A DNA stretch of 64,000 nt from an uncultured archaeon (GCA_964353775.1 CAYGWB010000005.1:66690-130689), one strand, 5' to 3'. Counted from the first letter of the stretch, positions 36,440-46,538 are shown. Notes: generated by a model not told the origin, from the sequence alone. Made by a program: numbers and translations.

Positions 36440-36850
36440 TTACTTGTAGTTCACGACGAAACCCGCGGACGGTTCCTCGGCCTTCGGCGTGTCCACCATA
36501 TCGGTCGGCTCGATAACAGCTTCCCCTGTCGGCATCTCCGCAGGCTCGGCCTCTGGCCGTGCGACAGTAACGGGCTCCTTGCCGAGCGCGCGCAGTATGT
36601 CGTCCCTGCTAGCGGATACCGAACTTGAGATGTTAACGCAAAGTTTGTCGAGCGAATCGAAACGGGCAGCGATCACGTGGGCCAGGTCGTTGTTTATGGA
36701 TTTCATGTCAGCCCTCCTCATGGCTTCTATCGACAGGATGTCGATAAGAATCATAACAATAAGCGCCGGCATCACTGCATAGCCGACAGCGGTCAGCACT
36801 ATTAGTACTGCTGTCAACGACACCAGGGCCCAAAATACCTTGCTGAGCAT
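36440..36850 (-). CDS. small 2-TM membrane protein with acidic C-terminal tail
   Basis: Start set at the internal ATG 36848-36850 (the track ORF would overlap the giant gene). Two hydrophobic helices. Own TATA (GCTTTAAATCC) about 22 nt upstream. Confidence 0.45.
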   Translation of the reverse strand: MLSKVFWALVSLTAVLIVLTAVGYAVMPALIVMILIDILSIEAMRRADMKSINNDLAHVIAARFDSLDKLCVNISSSVSASRDDILRALGKEPVTVARPEAEPAEMPTGEAVIEPTDMVDTPKAEEPSAGFVVNYK

Positions 36851-36882
36851 GTCATATATGGCAAAGAAAAAGGATTTAAAGC

Positions 36883-39800
36883 TTATTGGGAGCGTTTTTC
36901 TCCGCCGTCTGTCGCAGGTTTCTTCTTGAATAACTTCTTGAACAGCTCCGGCTTCTTGTACCAGAGCCATCCGAGTATTGCGATTATCAGCAGTATGATG
37001 GCGACCGCTGTCAGCGGGTTCGATGTCACGCCGAACAATGCACCTGTTAGTCCTGACTGTACGATCGGCGCAGGTGTCGGTTCCGGACCTGGCAAGGTCT
37101 GGTTCGCTATCACCTCTTCCACAGTCTCCGCGGGCTTCTTTATGATAAGTGTCGCCGTGGCGCTGGCGCTCAGTCCTTCAGCAGTTGTGACTGTCACTGT
37201 TATAATATTTACACCGGACTTCGCAGTCTCCGGAACAGCAACGGCTACCAAAAAGGTCTGGCTGCTGCCCGATATCATCGATATCGATGACGGATCGACG
37301 GCGTATGTGTATGGCATGCCGCCGATGCTCAGCTTAACGTTGGTCAGGTCCTTGCCGCCGACGTAGACGTAAACGTTGAATATGCCCGTTGTTCCGGTGT
37401 CCATGATTATCGGGCTCTGCACCGTAACGGTCATCGTAGCATTCTGTGGCGGCGGGTTTGTTCCGAATCCGCCCAGTCCAGAACCTGTATTATTTGTATC
37501 GGTGTTCAGGTTCACTGCAAACTGTACTGTCGGACCGTCTGCCCAATTGTCGGACATGTCCCAGCATCGAGCGTGCAGGTTGTACAATCCGGTCGCATAG
37601 AATGTCCATGTAGCCGTGACTTTGGTGCTGTTCGATGGTAGCATGTCGGTCATGTTTATCACTGATCCGCCGTCTATGTAGAGCACGCACTCCTTGACAG
37701 CCGTGTTGTCAGTAACGTTCGCCGATATATTGACAAGCTGGTTCGTCAGTGCGTAGTTTGGCCATATCGCGCTGACTACCGGCGGGTCTAGATCGATTAT
37801 CACGGTTCCGTTTCTGACCATAAGTGTTATGTTTCTGCTCGCGCTGTTTCCAGACGTGTCCGTAGCGATGACAGACCAGTGGTATGTTCCGTCAGCCGAC
37901 GGTATGTCTATGGTTGTCTCCCAGACGTCCGTGCCTATCGATGTGGCGAGCGTTCCGTTGACGGTCACGTTCGCGACAGCGAAGTTGTCCGTAACGTTGA
38001 TGCTGAAGTTTGCAGGCGAGCCTGCCACTAAATCAGTCGTGTTCCATATCTTGTTTATGGAAGGCGGCATCGTATCAGCCGGAACGATAAATGTAACATT
38101 GGCGCTGCCTTCGAGACCTGCTGTGTCGATGGCGTATACGAACAGCGTGTGCGTTCCGACACCGACGGTCATCGTCATGTTGCCTGTCAGTGTCACGTTC
38201 GCAGCCCCGTCAAGGCTGTAGCCAGCCCAGCTCAGTATCTCGCTGCTTGTCCAGTTCAGGTCTATCGAGTTGGTCATGTATGTCGTGTTCGTCGGTGATA
38301 TTATTGTTACGACCGGAGGCATGGTGTCCTGTACGGTCAGGTTGAGAGCCGTCCATGCGGCAGTATAATTGGTGTTGCCGGCGACCGACGCGTTCACGAT
38401 GTGTACGCCCGTTGCCATTGTGCCTGTCATTATCAGCACTTCGTACGGGCTCGGACTCTCCGATGGCACGCCGTCAATTGTCATTGTTATGTTCTCTGGA
38501 ATAGAGAGCACGGCTGTCGCGTTTACGATCGCGCCGCGCTCAACTGTCTCGTCTGTGCTGTTTCCATCCAGGTAGAGCGCCAGCGTCGGCGTTGCCTGCA
38601 AAACTGTAATGTATCTGTCGACGATACTCGTGGCAGTGAAATTCTCCGTCTCGTCATAAGTGCAGCTGTAGTTGTAAGTTCCAGCACCAAGCGTAACGTT
38701 GTCCGGATTAGTCACGATGCTGCCGTCCCTAAGCAGTGTGATATTCGCTGCCGGGTCGCCTGTGATCATTGCGCAGGTCGCTATTGTTTCGGTTCCGTAT
38801 GTGACCGTGTCGTTCGGTGCGAATGTTATGTCAATGACAGACGTTCCTTTGGCTACTGTAGCTGTATAAGTGACATCTGCTGCGGTGTAGTTGTCTGCAG
38901 TAAAGTTGGCCTTGTAGACGTAGACGTTTGCCGCCGGGTCCCATACTTTGCTGAGGCCGCCGACATCGCTGTCGTTCTCGTAAAGCTTCAGCACGCCCTC
39001 GTCATTCACGGTCGCATCTTTCCATGCCGTTGCGTTGAGCGTCACAGGGTATGTTCCGCTTAAGTCCGACTCTATGCCGTTCAGCTCGAGGCGGATGCTT
39101 ATCGCTTTCTTGTCCACGGTCAGCCAGTACGTCTTGCTCGCAGCAGCATAGTTGCTGCTACCGCTGAACTCGACTGTGTAGTTGTACGTCCCGTAACCGA
39201 GCCTCTGGACGTCATCCAGACTGGTCAACAGTACGCCGTCCTTATAAAAGTTCAATGATCCTTCCGCAATGTCCTTGTATGCGGTCGCGTTGCTGACGTC
39301 CTCATAAGTGTAAGTCCTGTTCGCATCGACCGCGCCATCGAACGCTACGTGGATGTAATCGGTCGTCGAGGTGTTCTGCAAAATAGTTATGCTCGTGCTG
39401 TTCGAAGCAGAGGTGTAGTTGCCCGTCTCTGTGACGTTGCAGACGTAGTCGTACGTGTCGACCGGTAAAACGATGGCGACGCCGTTCTCTGTCGAAGTAA
39501 CGTCCGCACCGTTTCTCCAAAGCACCGCAGGTGCCTCCAAGTTGGTCGAGCTACAGTCAGCTGTAACGGCTGTCGGATAGGTTCCGCCAGCAGGCGTAAC
39601 AGTCAGGCTGGCTGCTGAATCCACCTTTGTAATTTCCAGGTAGTATGTCAGTCCGGTCGTGTTTGCCCAGTAGTTTGTTGCGCCTGTGCTGTTCACGGAA
39701 TATTCATATACTCCGGCCGGAAGCGTATCGATCTCAGGATTCGTCACCTGTGTGCCGTCCCTCCACAGGTCCGCATTTCCGCTCGCGGCAACGCCTGTCG

Positions 39801-42800
39801 CGTTGCTAGGCGTTCCATAGACCATTGTCACGTTCTGATCAAGCATGCCGTTCAGCCACAATTCAACAGGGTTGTCCAGCATTCCGACGTATAGCGTGTC
39901 TGTTACCGAACCGGCTGTCCAGTTCTGACCGCCTGTGCTGTTATAAGTATAGACGTATGGTCCGGCCGACAGTGTGTTGACATCCGATATCGGGTTGCCG
40001 TCGCCCATCGAGGTTGCGTCGCGCCACAGGGTGTAGACAACGTCAGCCGCGCCGACTATAACATTTGACCATCCGGTCGCATTGCTCTCCGTACCGAAGT
40101 CTATGCTCGTTGAAGGCTCTATGAGCAGTTGTATGTAACTGTTCAGGTCTCCTTTCAAAACTGTGTATGTCGTGCTGTTAGTTGCAGAGCTGTAGTTCGT
40201 TTGTGTGACGTTGCAGACGTAGTCGTGCGAACCGGCAGGTAGCAAAGTAGCCACTCCGTTCTCTGCGTCCGCGTCTGAACCGTCGCGATAAAGTTTTGCA
40301 CTCGCTTCTGGGTTCGTACAAGCGCAGGTTGCTGTTACATCTGTCGGGTATGCCGCAGCTGACGGAGTTATGTCAAGCGAACATATCGATGTCGGCTCGA
40401 TGACATCAAGATAAATAGTGTCGTTTGTTGCAGCGGTCCAGTTATCGTTTCCACTTGTGTTGTATATGACTTGGTAAGTTCCAGGACTCTGGAGCGTTGT
40501 TATCGACGCCGGGTTTCCTGTCTGAGTCAGTGATGCGACATATAAGTCGAATGTCGGCGGGGTTATGATAGCTGTTGAATTGCCTATCACTGTTACCGTG
40601 GTCGGATAGACGACGGTTCTATTGGCCGCAATATCATCTATGAATACCTCAACGTAGGGCGTTCCCTTGTCGACAGTTATGCTCGTGCTGTTCGAAGCAG
40701 CAGTATAATTGGTCTCGGTCGCGTTGCACACGTAGTCATGCGTGCCTGCTGGCAGTATGATTGCTACGCCGTTCTCGGCGTCCGCAGGTGCGCCGTCACG
40801 ATACATCGTAGCGGTTGTCTCCGGGTTCGTGCAGCTGCACGTCGCCATAACTGGCGTCGGATATGCAGCAGTCGGAGGCGTTATGTCAAGCGAGCAGGTT
40901 GCTGCCGCACGCTCGACGAACAAGTAGTATGTCAGACCGGTCGAGTTGTCAGGATAGTTCGTATCGCCAGTCGCGTTCACAAAGTATTCGTATCCTTCCG
41001 GCTTTGCCGTAAGCAGAACGTTCACACCGTTCTCGGAATCTGCTGGTGCGCCGTCCCTGAACATGTTGAGGGTTCCACCAAGTGCCGTAGCTGTTGCGTT
41101 GGCAAGCGTTCCGTAAGTTATAGTGTTGTTCTGGTCGAGCAGACCGTTCAACCACAGGTGAACAGGGTTCTCTGTACTGGCTGTGATCGTAAGTGTCTGG
41201 TCCGACTGGACTCCTGTATAATTAGCGGTCGCGCTGCTGTTGCACGAGTATGCGTATGTGTTCGCAGGAAGCGTGACAGTCTCGACCGCAGGTATCTTCT
41301 CGACGCCGTCTCTCCAAAGGTGCGCCGTTACCTCGTCGTTCAGCGACGGTATAGAACAGCTAACTGTGGTCTCTGTCGGGTAGGCCTCTGTCCAAGTGCC
41401 GCTGGGTGCCTGTGTCAAAACGATCGAAGGCGTCCTTTGGATTATGTTCAACGTCCTTGTGACTGAACCTGGCAAATAATTGGCGTTTCCTGTCGTGTTG
41501 TATACATAAGTGTAAACATTTGCGCCGAGCAGCTTCTCATCCTGCAAGGTATACGGCTCGGTTGTGCTGTTGCCTATCTCTTCGCTTGTGCTGGCAGTTT
41601 CCTTGTATAGTTTGAACTCCAGTCCGGTTTCGCCAGTCACATCGGCCCAGGCCGTAACGTTCGTGACGTTCTCATATGTGAACGTCTGATCCGTCTCGCT
41701 GCCGTTTATCGCGACGTGCATCTGGATCGTGGACGGGTCTTTCTTGTTCACTATATAACTTTGAAGAGTTGCTGATGCCGCACTGTAGTTTCCTGTTGCT
41801 GATATGTTGCAGATGTATCTCCAAACACCTGCTGGTAGCGTGACGAACTTGTTGTTCTCAGCAATAGTTACGTCCGTCGGCGTTCCAGATATGTTTCTGT
41901 AAAGTGCGACGCTGGCTTCAGGATTCACAGCAGAGCAGCTCGCGTTCGTCTGCGTGCCATAGGTTATGCCCGATGGCGGGTTGATCACAAATGCCAGGCC
42001 TGGTGATGCCTTGTTTATTATGTATGTCCAGTCCGGGGTTGTGTTCGTGTTGCCGACCGTGTCGTTCGCGAGCCAGCTGTACATGTATCCAGTAATTTTT
42101 GCCGGCAGGTCTGTAAGAGTTATGTAGTATTCGTTGCCAGATTTCAGCACCTCTCCGAGCTTGCTCGAGTAGGTCTTTCCATCAAAAGTGAATTTTACTT
42201 CTGAGACAGCCGTGTCGTCCGTCCATGTTATGTTGAACTGATAGATTGCCCCTTTCGCGTAAGTCGCTGGCGACGCCGGGTTGTTCTTGTTGTTCGACCA
42301 TTGAGGAGTCGACTTGTCAATCGTGAAGTTGGCCGGGCTCGAGAAACCTACGTTGCCCGCGTTGTCCTTCGCGGCCGCGCAGACCCACATGTGCTGTGAG
42401 ACCGTGTACGGCAGTGTCTTTAATGTGTAAGCCGCATAGCTCGTCGGACAAGCTGTAATCGACGTAGCAGATGTGTTCAGTGCATATGTCGAAGCATTGC
42501 AACCGCTCGAACCGTCAGAACAGCTGACACCTGCCGATGCGTCGGTCTTCTGCCACCCGCTCGGCGTTCCAGTAACTGAAACTGTCGGTGCCGTACCGTC
42601 GTATTTGACTATGAAAAGGACTTTTGAACCCCACGTGCCGGCCCCGTTCCTTGCCTTAACTGTGAAGTTTGTGCTGCCTTCCGTGTAGGCGGACGCCTGA
42701 TAGTAGGCGTTCGGAGTGTTAGGGCTAGAAATGATAGGATCGCTGCCGTCCTGCGTATAGTAGAACGTATCGTCCGAAGGCGAGCTCGGATCCGTCCAGT

Positions 42801-43521
42801 TGAAGTATGGGCTGTTGTCCGTCTGCCATATATTGTTGATAATGGCGACGGTCTTGCCCGAATCAGTAAATGCGTTTATTCCCGCGATGTTCGGCGTAGA
42901 GTTGTCCACCCAGATGTTGAAAGTGGCGTCACTGCCCCAGTTTCCTGCGGCATCCTTTGCCTTGACCTTGAAAATATGCTGAACGTTTGTCAATGCATTG
43001 ACCGGGTACTGGACGTTGTTGGACGTTACAGTTGTGTACGGTGCCGAGTCTATAGTATAATTGTAGGCGACCGCAGCATCAGAAGTGGTCCAGTTGAAGT
43101 ATGGGCTGTTGTCCGTCTGCCATATGCTTGCCGATATCGCAACTCCAGTGCTATTGGTGTACGCGTATACGCCGGTCACACTAGGCGCCGATGTGTCACG
43201 CGTCAGCGTCACATTGTATGTCGGATATGGTTTGTTGACGTTAACCGTAGTAACGTTCGGGTAGAACGAACTGTTGTAGACACTTACGTTGTAGTTGCCC
43301 TGCGGAAGCGTCACGAACAGCGTCTGGCTGTTCGTTCTTGTGTAAAGTGTGCTGCCCGTCGAAAGGTCTATGACCTTGATGTACTCGGCGTTCACCGGGT
43401 TCATCGCGTTGTCATATACGTATATGTTCAGCGTCCAGTAGGTCGTCGTCGCGAGCGCGGGCACTACTAGGAGTGCAAATAGCAAAAAGCATGTGAAAGC
43501 CAAAATGTTTTTGTTGTTCAT
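36883..43521 (-). CDS. giant (about 2212 aa) repeat-rich cell-surface glycoprotein/adhesin with C-terminal TM anchor
   Basis: Signal peptide MNNKNILAFTCFLLFALLVVPALA. Very many N-x-S/T sequons and repeated beta-rich domains. C-terminal helix AVAIILLIIAILGWLW plus a Lys-rich tail. ATG at 43521 (GTG at 43530 is possible), 14 nt after the upstream stop with a GGTG SD. Confidence 0.85.
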   Translation of the reverse strand: MNNKNILAFTCFLLFALLVVPALATTTYWTLNIYVYDNAMNPVNAEYIKVIDLSTGSTLYTRTNSQTLFVTLPQGNYNVSVYNSSFYPNVTTVNVNKPYPTYNVTLTRDTSAPSVTGVYAYTNSTGVAISASIWQTDNSPYFNWTTSDAAVAYNYTIDSAPYTTVTSNNVQYPVNALTNVQHIFKVKAKDAAGNWGSDATFNIWVDNSTPNIAGINAFTDSGKTVAIINNIWQTDNSPYFNWTDPSSPSDDTFYYTQDGSDPIISSPNTPNAYYQASAYTEGSTNFTVKARNGAGTWGSKVLFIVKYDGTAPTVSVTGTPSGWQKTDASAGVSCSDGSSGCNASTYALNTSATSITACPTSYAAYTLKTLPYTVSQHMWVCAAAKDNAGNVGFSSPANFTIDKSTPQWSNNKNNPASPATYAKGAIYQFNITWTDDTAVSEVKFTFDGKTYSSKLGEVLKSGNEYYITLTDLPAKITGYMYSWLANDTVGNTNTTPDWTYIINKASPGLAFVINPPSGITYGTQTNASCSAVNPEASVALYRNISGTPTDVTIAENNKFVTLPAGVWRYICNISATGNYSAASATLQSYIVNKKDPSTIQMHVAINGSETDQTFTYENVTNVTAWADVTGETGLEFKLYKETASTSEEIGNSTTEPYTLQDEKLLGANVYTYVYNTTGNANYLPGSVTRTLNIIQRTPSIVLTQAPSGTWTEAYPTETTVSCSIPSLNDEVTAHLWRDGVEKIPAVETVTLPANTYAYSCNSSATANYTGVQSDQTLTITASTENPVHLWLNGLLDQNNTITYGTLANATATALGGTLNMFRDGAPADSENGVNVLLTAKPEGYEYFVNATGDTNYPDNSTGLTYYLFVERAAATCSLDITPPTAAYPTPVMATCSCTNPETTATMYRDGAPADAENGVAIILPAGTHDYVCNATETNYTAASNSTSITVDKGTPYVEVFIDDIAANRTVVYPTTVTVIGNSTAIITPPTFDLYVASLTQTGNPASITTLQSPGTYQVIYNTSGNDNWTAATNDTIYLDVIEPTSICSLDITPSAAAYPTDVTATCACTNPEASAKLYRDGSDADAENGVATLLPAGSHDYVCNVTQTNYSSATNSTTYTVLKGDLNSYIQLLIEPSTSIDFGTESNATGWSNVIVGAADVVYTLWRDATSMGDGNPISDVNTLSAGPYVYTYNSTGGQNWTAGSVTDTLYVGMLDNPVELWLNGMLDQNVTMVYGTPSNATGVAASGNADLWRDGTQVTNPEIDTLPAGVYEYSVNSTGATNYWANTTGLTYYLEITKVDSAASLTVTPAGGTYPTAVTADCSSTNLEAPAVLWRNGADVTSTENGVAIVLPVDTYDYVCNVTETGNYTSASNSTSITILQNTSTTDYIHVAFDGAVDANRTYTYEDVSNATAYKDIAEGSLNFYKDGVLLTSLDDVQRLGYGTYNYTVEFSGSSNYAAASKTYWLTVDKKAISIRLELNGIESDLSGTYPVTLNATAWKDATVNDEGVLKLYENDSDVGGLSKVWDPAANVYVYKANFTADNYTAADVTYTATVAKGTSVIDITFAPNDTVTYGTETIATCAMITGDPAANITLLRDGSIVTNPDNVTLGAGTYNYSCTYDETENFTATSIVDRYITVLQATPTLALYLDGNSTDETVERGAIVNATAVLSIPENITMTIDGVPSESPSPYEVLIMTGTMATGVHIVNASVAGNTNYTAAWTALNLTVQDTMPPVVTIISPTNTTYMTNSIDLNWTSSEILSWAGYSLDGAANVTLTGNMTMTVGVGTHTLFVYAIDTAGLEGSANVTFIVPADTMPPSINKIWNTTDLVAGSPANFSINVTDNFAVANVTVNGTLATSIGTDVWETTIDIPSADGTYHWSVIATDTSGNSASRNITLMVRNGTVIIDLDPPVVSAIWPNYALTNQLVNISANVTDNTAVKECVLYIDGGSVINMTDMLPSNSTKVTATWTFYATGLYNLHARCWDMSDNWADGPTVQFAVNLNTDTNNTGSGLGGFGTNPPPQNATMTVTVQSPIIMDTGTTGIFNVYVYVGGKDLTNVKLSIGGMPYTYAVDPSSISMISGSSQTFLVAVAVPETAKSGVNIITVTVTTAEGLSASATATLIIKKPAETVEEVIANQTLPGPEPTPAPIVQSGLTGALFGVTSNPLTAVAIILLIIAILGWLWYKKPELFKKLFKKKPATDGGEKRSQ
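39375..41175 (-). repeat. intragenic protein-domain repeats in giant surface gene
   Basis: There are three copies of about 80 aa: CSLDITPPTAAYPT...YVCNATETNYTAASNSTSITV, CSLDITPSAAAYPT...YVCNVTQTNYSSATNSTTYTV and ASLTVTPAGGTYPT...YVCNVTETGNYTSASNSTSITI. There are two copies of NPV[HE]LWLNG[LM]LDQN...GLTYYL. Confidence 0.8.
42794..42831. repeat. exact 38-nt direct repeat, copy 2 (within giant gene)
   Basis: GTCCAGTTGAAGTATGGGCTGTTGTCCGTCTGCCATAT is identical to 43088-43125. It encodes IWQTDNSPYFNWT on the minus strand. Confidence 0.9.
43088..43125. repeat. exact 38-nt direct repeat, copy 1 (within giant gene)
   Basis: Identical to 42794-42831. Spacing is 294 nt, an in-frame offset of 98 codons. 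Confidence 0.9.
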
Positions 43522-43534
43522 GGGTGACACCCGC

Positions 43535-45334
43535 CTAACCCACGATTTCCTTTGCCTTCTTTATGTTGTCCTTCGTGAGTGTGTAGGCCTTCATCTCCGT
43601 GCCGTTTTGCACGTAGACTATTCCACCCATGCCGTCCTTGTCCTGTGTGTCCAGGAAGCCGAGCGAATAGTTTCCAGAGTTCCAGTCACCACCGACCTGG
43701 CCGTACAGTCCGTCTATGATGTTTGCCAGCGATGCGAACTTGCTGTTGTTCTTGTCATCGTATTTCAGTTCAACGCCCCAGCAGCCTTCCGTACCCTTCA
43801 GTTTGTCTATCTCGGCCTTTAGTGCAGCACCAGAGAGCTTAGCTAGGTATGCAGGCATCTCTCCAGCTCCGGTGTAATCTATCATGCCTTCCTTGCTGCC
43901 GAGTATCTTCTGTTCAAGTCCGACTGCATAGGCACGGTCCACCGAGCCTATCATATTGCCGGCAGAGGTCGTTATGTTGATCTGTCCCTTCTCGCCCAAT
44001 CCAGGTATCGTTACCTCGATCTTCCTCATCTCAGGCGAGGGGTCTGTTGCATTATCATCGAACAACTTGTCCCAAGCTGCCTTGTCGATGCCAAGCGCTG
44101 TCAGCATCTCGTCGCGTTCCTGCGCTGTCAGCGCGTTATAGAAGGTGCGACCAGCTGTGTGCTTGTCGCCCTCGGTTGTGCGCGTGTAGGTCTTGTTGAA
44201 CTGCTCGAGCGTTGTGTTGAAACCGTTCCACAATCCTTTGAGGTCGGTCGCAAGGTCCGCCGATATATTAAGCTTGCTCCACATGTCAGTATAGTTAGTT
44301 GTCATTCTGCTGAGCTGACCTCTTAGGTCGGCCAGCTTAGCCTCGTAGGATGTGTTAGTAGCATTGTAGTTGTTCTTCATTTCATCCAGCAGATTTCTTG
44401 TTTCGTTGAGGGTCTTCATGGTGTTCAATGCCAGCTGCTTGTATTCTTGTGCAAGAACTGACTGGTGGCTGCCGTAGGCCATCGCGTTGAAATCTTTTAT
44501 GAATTCGTCTGCGCTGCCGTCTATCTTGCCGTTGTCCATCTGATCGAAGAACTCTGCGGCGCCTGTCAGGTTCAGCTTGCCTGTCCTGTTGGCTGTCGCA
44601 TTGTCAGGCTTCTCCAAATACGTCACCTTCGCGACGAGCTTCTCGTCCATCCAATCATCAGGCATGGCTATTTCCGCCCTCTCGTATGTTCCGTTGGTCT
44701 CGTCGATTACGTTCGTGTTGTTGTAGAGCTCCTGGGTCATTATGTTCTTCTTGACCTTGAGCGTGAATTCCTTGTCGTCCAGAAGATTTCTCGGAAGTAT
44801 GCGTACCTCCTTGACGTTCTTTATCTTTGCGAGCTTGCCTTCTCCGCGCAGCTCTTCAAAAGGAATAGGATCGGATTTGTATGATATGTTGCCGACTTTG
44901 CTCTGAGCGGTGATTATCATTGCGTGTGAACCATTGTCTAACTCATAGCTGATGTTCCAGTCGGCGATTGTCTTGCCGTCCGCCGTCAGTTTGTCGGTCA
45001 GTGACGTTCCATTATAAGTTGGTGCCATCTTCGTCATATTGTCATTGTCAAAGACCGGCTCGAAAACGACTGCCTTCTCGGCCGTAGGGCCTGTCTTCTC
45101 TATGTTGTAGAGCTTCTCATGTGTAACAATCTTACCGGATTCGTTAAATTGATTCTCACCAAAGACCATTGTCTCGATTCCGACCGCGCCGGTGTCATCA
45201 GAGGGTGCTGATGCGCCCATGTCTTCTGCTACCTTGTAGGCTAGGGCTACGCCTAGAGCAGTTACGATACCGCCAACTGCGAGTTTTGTCTTAGTATTAC
45301 CTGAACTTGTTCCGCCGCCTATTAGATTCACCAT
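43535..45334 (-). CDS. N-terminally membrane-anchored 599-aa extracellular protein, unknown function
   Basis: Single N-terminal helix KLAVGGIVTALGVALAY, then a hydrophilic body with N-x-S/T sites. A 13-nt spacer with a GAGGGTGA SD follows the upstream gene. Confidence 0.6.
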   Translation of the reverse strand: MVNLIGGGTSSGNTKTKLAVGGIVTALGVALAYKVAEDMGASAPSDDTGAVGIETMVFGENQFNESGKIVTHEKLYNIEKTGPTAEKAVVFEPVFDNDNMTKMAPTYNGTSLTDKLTADGKTIADWNISYELDNGSHAMIITAQSKVGNISYKSDPIPFEELRGEGKLAKIKNVKEVRILPRNLLDDKEFTLKVKKNIMTQELYNNTNVIDETNGTYERAEIAMPDDWMDEKLVAKVTYLEKPDNATANRTGKLNLTGAAEFFDQMDNGKIDGSADEFIKDFNAMAYGSHQSVLAQEYKQLALNTMKTLNETRNLLDEMKNNYNATNTSYEAKLADLRGQLSRMTTNYTDMWSKLNISADLATDLKGLWNGFNTTLEQFNKTYTRTTEGDKHTAGRTFYNALTAQERDEMLTALGIDKAAWDKLFDDNATDPSPEMRKIEVTIPGLGEKGQINITTSAGNMIGSVDRAYAVGLEQKILGSKEGMIDYTGAGEMPAYLAKLSGAALKAEIDKLKGTEGCWGVELKYDDKNNSKFASLANIIDGLYGQVGGDWNSGNYSLGFLDTQDKDGMGGIVYVQNGTEMKAYTLTKDNIKKAKEIVG

Positions 45335-45347
45335 TTCTCATCACCCT

Positions 45348-46538
45348 CTATTCCACGTTTTTTACTTTGTCAAGTCCGAGATCTTTGTATGTCTGTATGA
45401 CATTGACGACGTCTCTGAAATCCGCCAACTCGGCCGGATTGAAATTCACTGGTCTTTGTGTACCGACCAGCTTTATCTCAACATTTGAAACGCCGTACGG
45501 TTTCGTCATGTTACCGACATCAACGATGCCCTCGGCATCGTATTCGATCTGGATCTTGGAATCCTCTGCAAGTCCACCGCTATTGTTTATCTTATCTCGA
45601 ATGTATTCCGCAAATTTTATTTGGCGTTCGCCAAAGTCTTTTTCCGACATCTTTCTGAGACCGTACATGGCCCGTAAGTATTGCTGGTATGCTCTTGTCG
45701 GTACCTTCTCCCAAAGCTTGTCCTCTATCTCTTGTATGTACTCTGTGAGTAAAACTTCTGCTCCCTTTACAGCCGCATCATTAGCTTCCATCTTTTTCGC
45801 TTTGGCTTCAACAATTTTATTTTTGGCTCTCTTCTCAAAGTACCCCTTGTTCAACATCTTTGCTTTGATTTCTGCGACTTCTTCCTTAAGAGATTTCGAC
45901 TCTTCTTTTAGATTCTTGATGTCTTCCGGTAATTCATTAAACAATTTTTTTATGTGCCCATATTTCATGTTTGTATTGAAATCATGCGAAGAGGGCAAAT
46001 TTTTATTTGCGTATTTCATTGCAGCTTTTATAATCTTATCAACATCTTTACCAAGAACAATCTTGCCATCTTTATCCTTTGTGACACATTCCACTGTGAC
46101 GTTGCTTCCATCGTCGACTTTAATTTTTTCCTGAGGCATTTCATTTATGGCGCCGACTATTTTCTTGTCTTCATCTTCGATCAAAGCTTCCATCCTGTGT
46201 TTTTCATTGAAATACACGTACACAATCTCTTGTGCATTGATCTTTCCCTCGAGATAATGCAAATCGTCGAGGCGCTCTCTGTACTGAGTCAAAAGCGTAT
46301 CGGCCTTTTTTCTTTCAGTGTCAAAATTAGCATACATGAAATCGGGTCTAGACACATAAGCAAGAAACTCGTTCGTGGGGAATGACATGACTGACTTGGT
46401 CGTTTTATCGACAGCGGCCGCATTTGCCTTCTGTCCGTTAGATTTAATCTCTAGCTTGGTTGCGTCTGCAGCAAATTCTTTATCCAAATCTCCAAGAACA
46501 TCTAGACCGTCGATCAAATATTTGTTATTGCCACTCAT
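45348..46538 (-). CDS. hypothetical cytoplasmic protein (396 aa, ORFan)
   Basis: Long uninterrupted ORF with no signal peptide or TM. Lys/Glu-rich central coiled-coil segment. About 40% GC. Confidence 0.55.
   Translation of the reverse strand: MSGNNKYLIDGLDVLGDLDKEFAADATKLEIKSNGQKANAAAVDKTTKSVMSFPTNEFLAYVSRPDFMYANFDTERKKADTLLTQYRERLDDLHYLEGKINAQEIVYVYFNEKHRMEALIEDEDKKIVGAINEMPQEKIKVDDGSNVTVECVTKDKDGKIVLGKDVDKIIKAAMKYANKNLPSSHDFNTNMKYGHIKKLFNELPEDIKNLKEESKSLKEEVAEIKAKMLNKGYFEKRAKNKIVEAKAKKMEANDAAVKGAEVLLTEYIQEIEDKLWEKVPTRAYQQYLRAMYGLRKMSEKDFGERQIKFAEYIRDKINNSGGLAEDSKIQIEYDAEGIVDVGNMTKPYGVSNVEIKLVGTQRPVNFNPAELADFRDVVNVIQTYKDLGLDKVKNVE

Noticed and set aside
38401-43470. Several plus-strand ORFs of 130-240 aa (38401-39063, 40738-41466, 42976-43470 and others) inside the giant surface gene.
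   Set aside because: They are antisense shadows of a continuous 2215-codon minus-strand ORF that has a signal peptide, domain repeats and an anchor. Their translations are Arg/Cys/Val-rich low-complexity strings typical of GC-rich antisense frames.
45307-46134. A 275-aa plus-strand ORF antisense to the 396-aa ORFan.
   Set aside because: Its Ser/Phe/Leu-rich composition mirrors the Lys/Glu-rich sense frame. It has no promoter or SD and spans the junction of two minus-strand genes.
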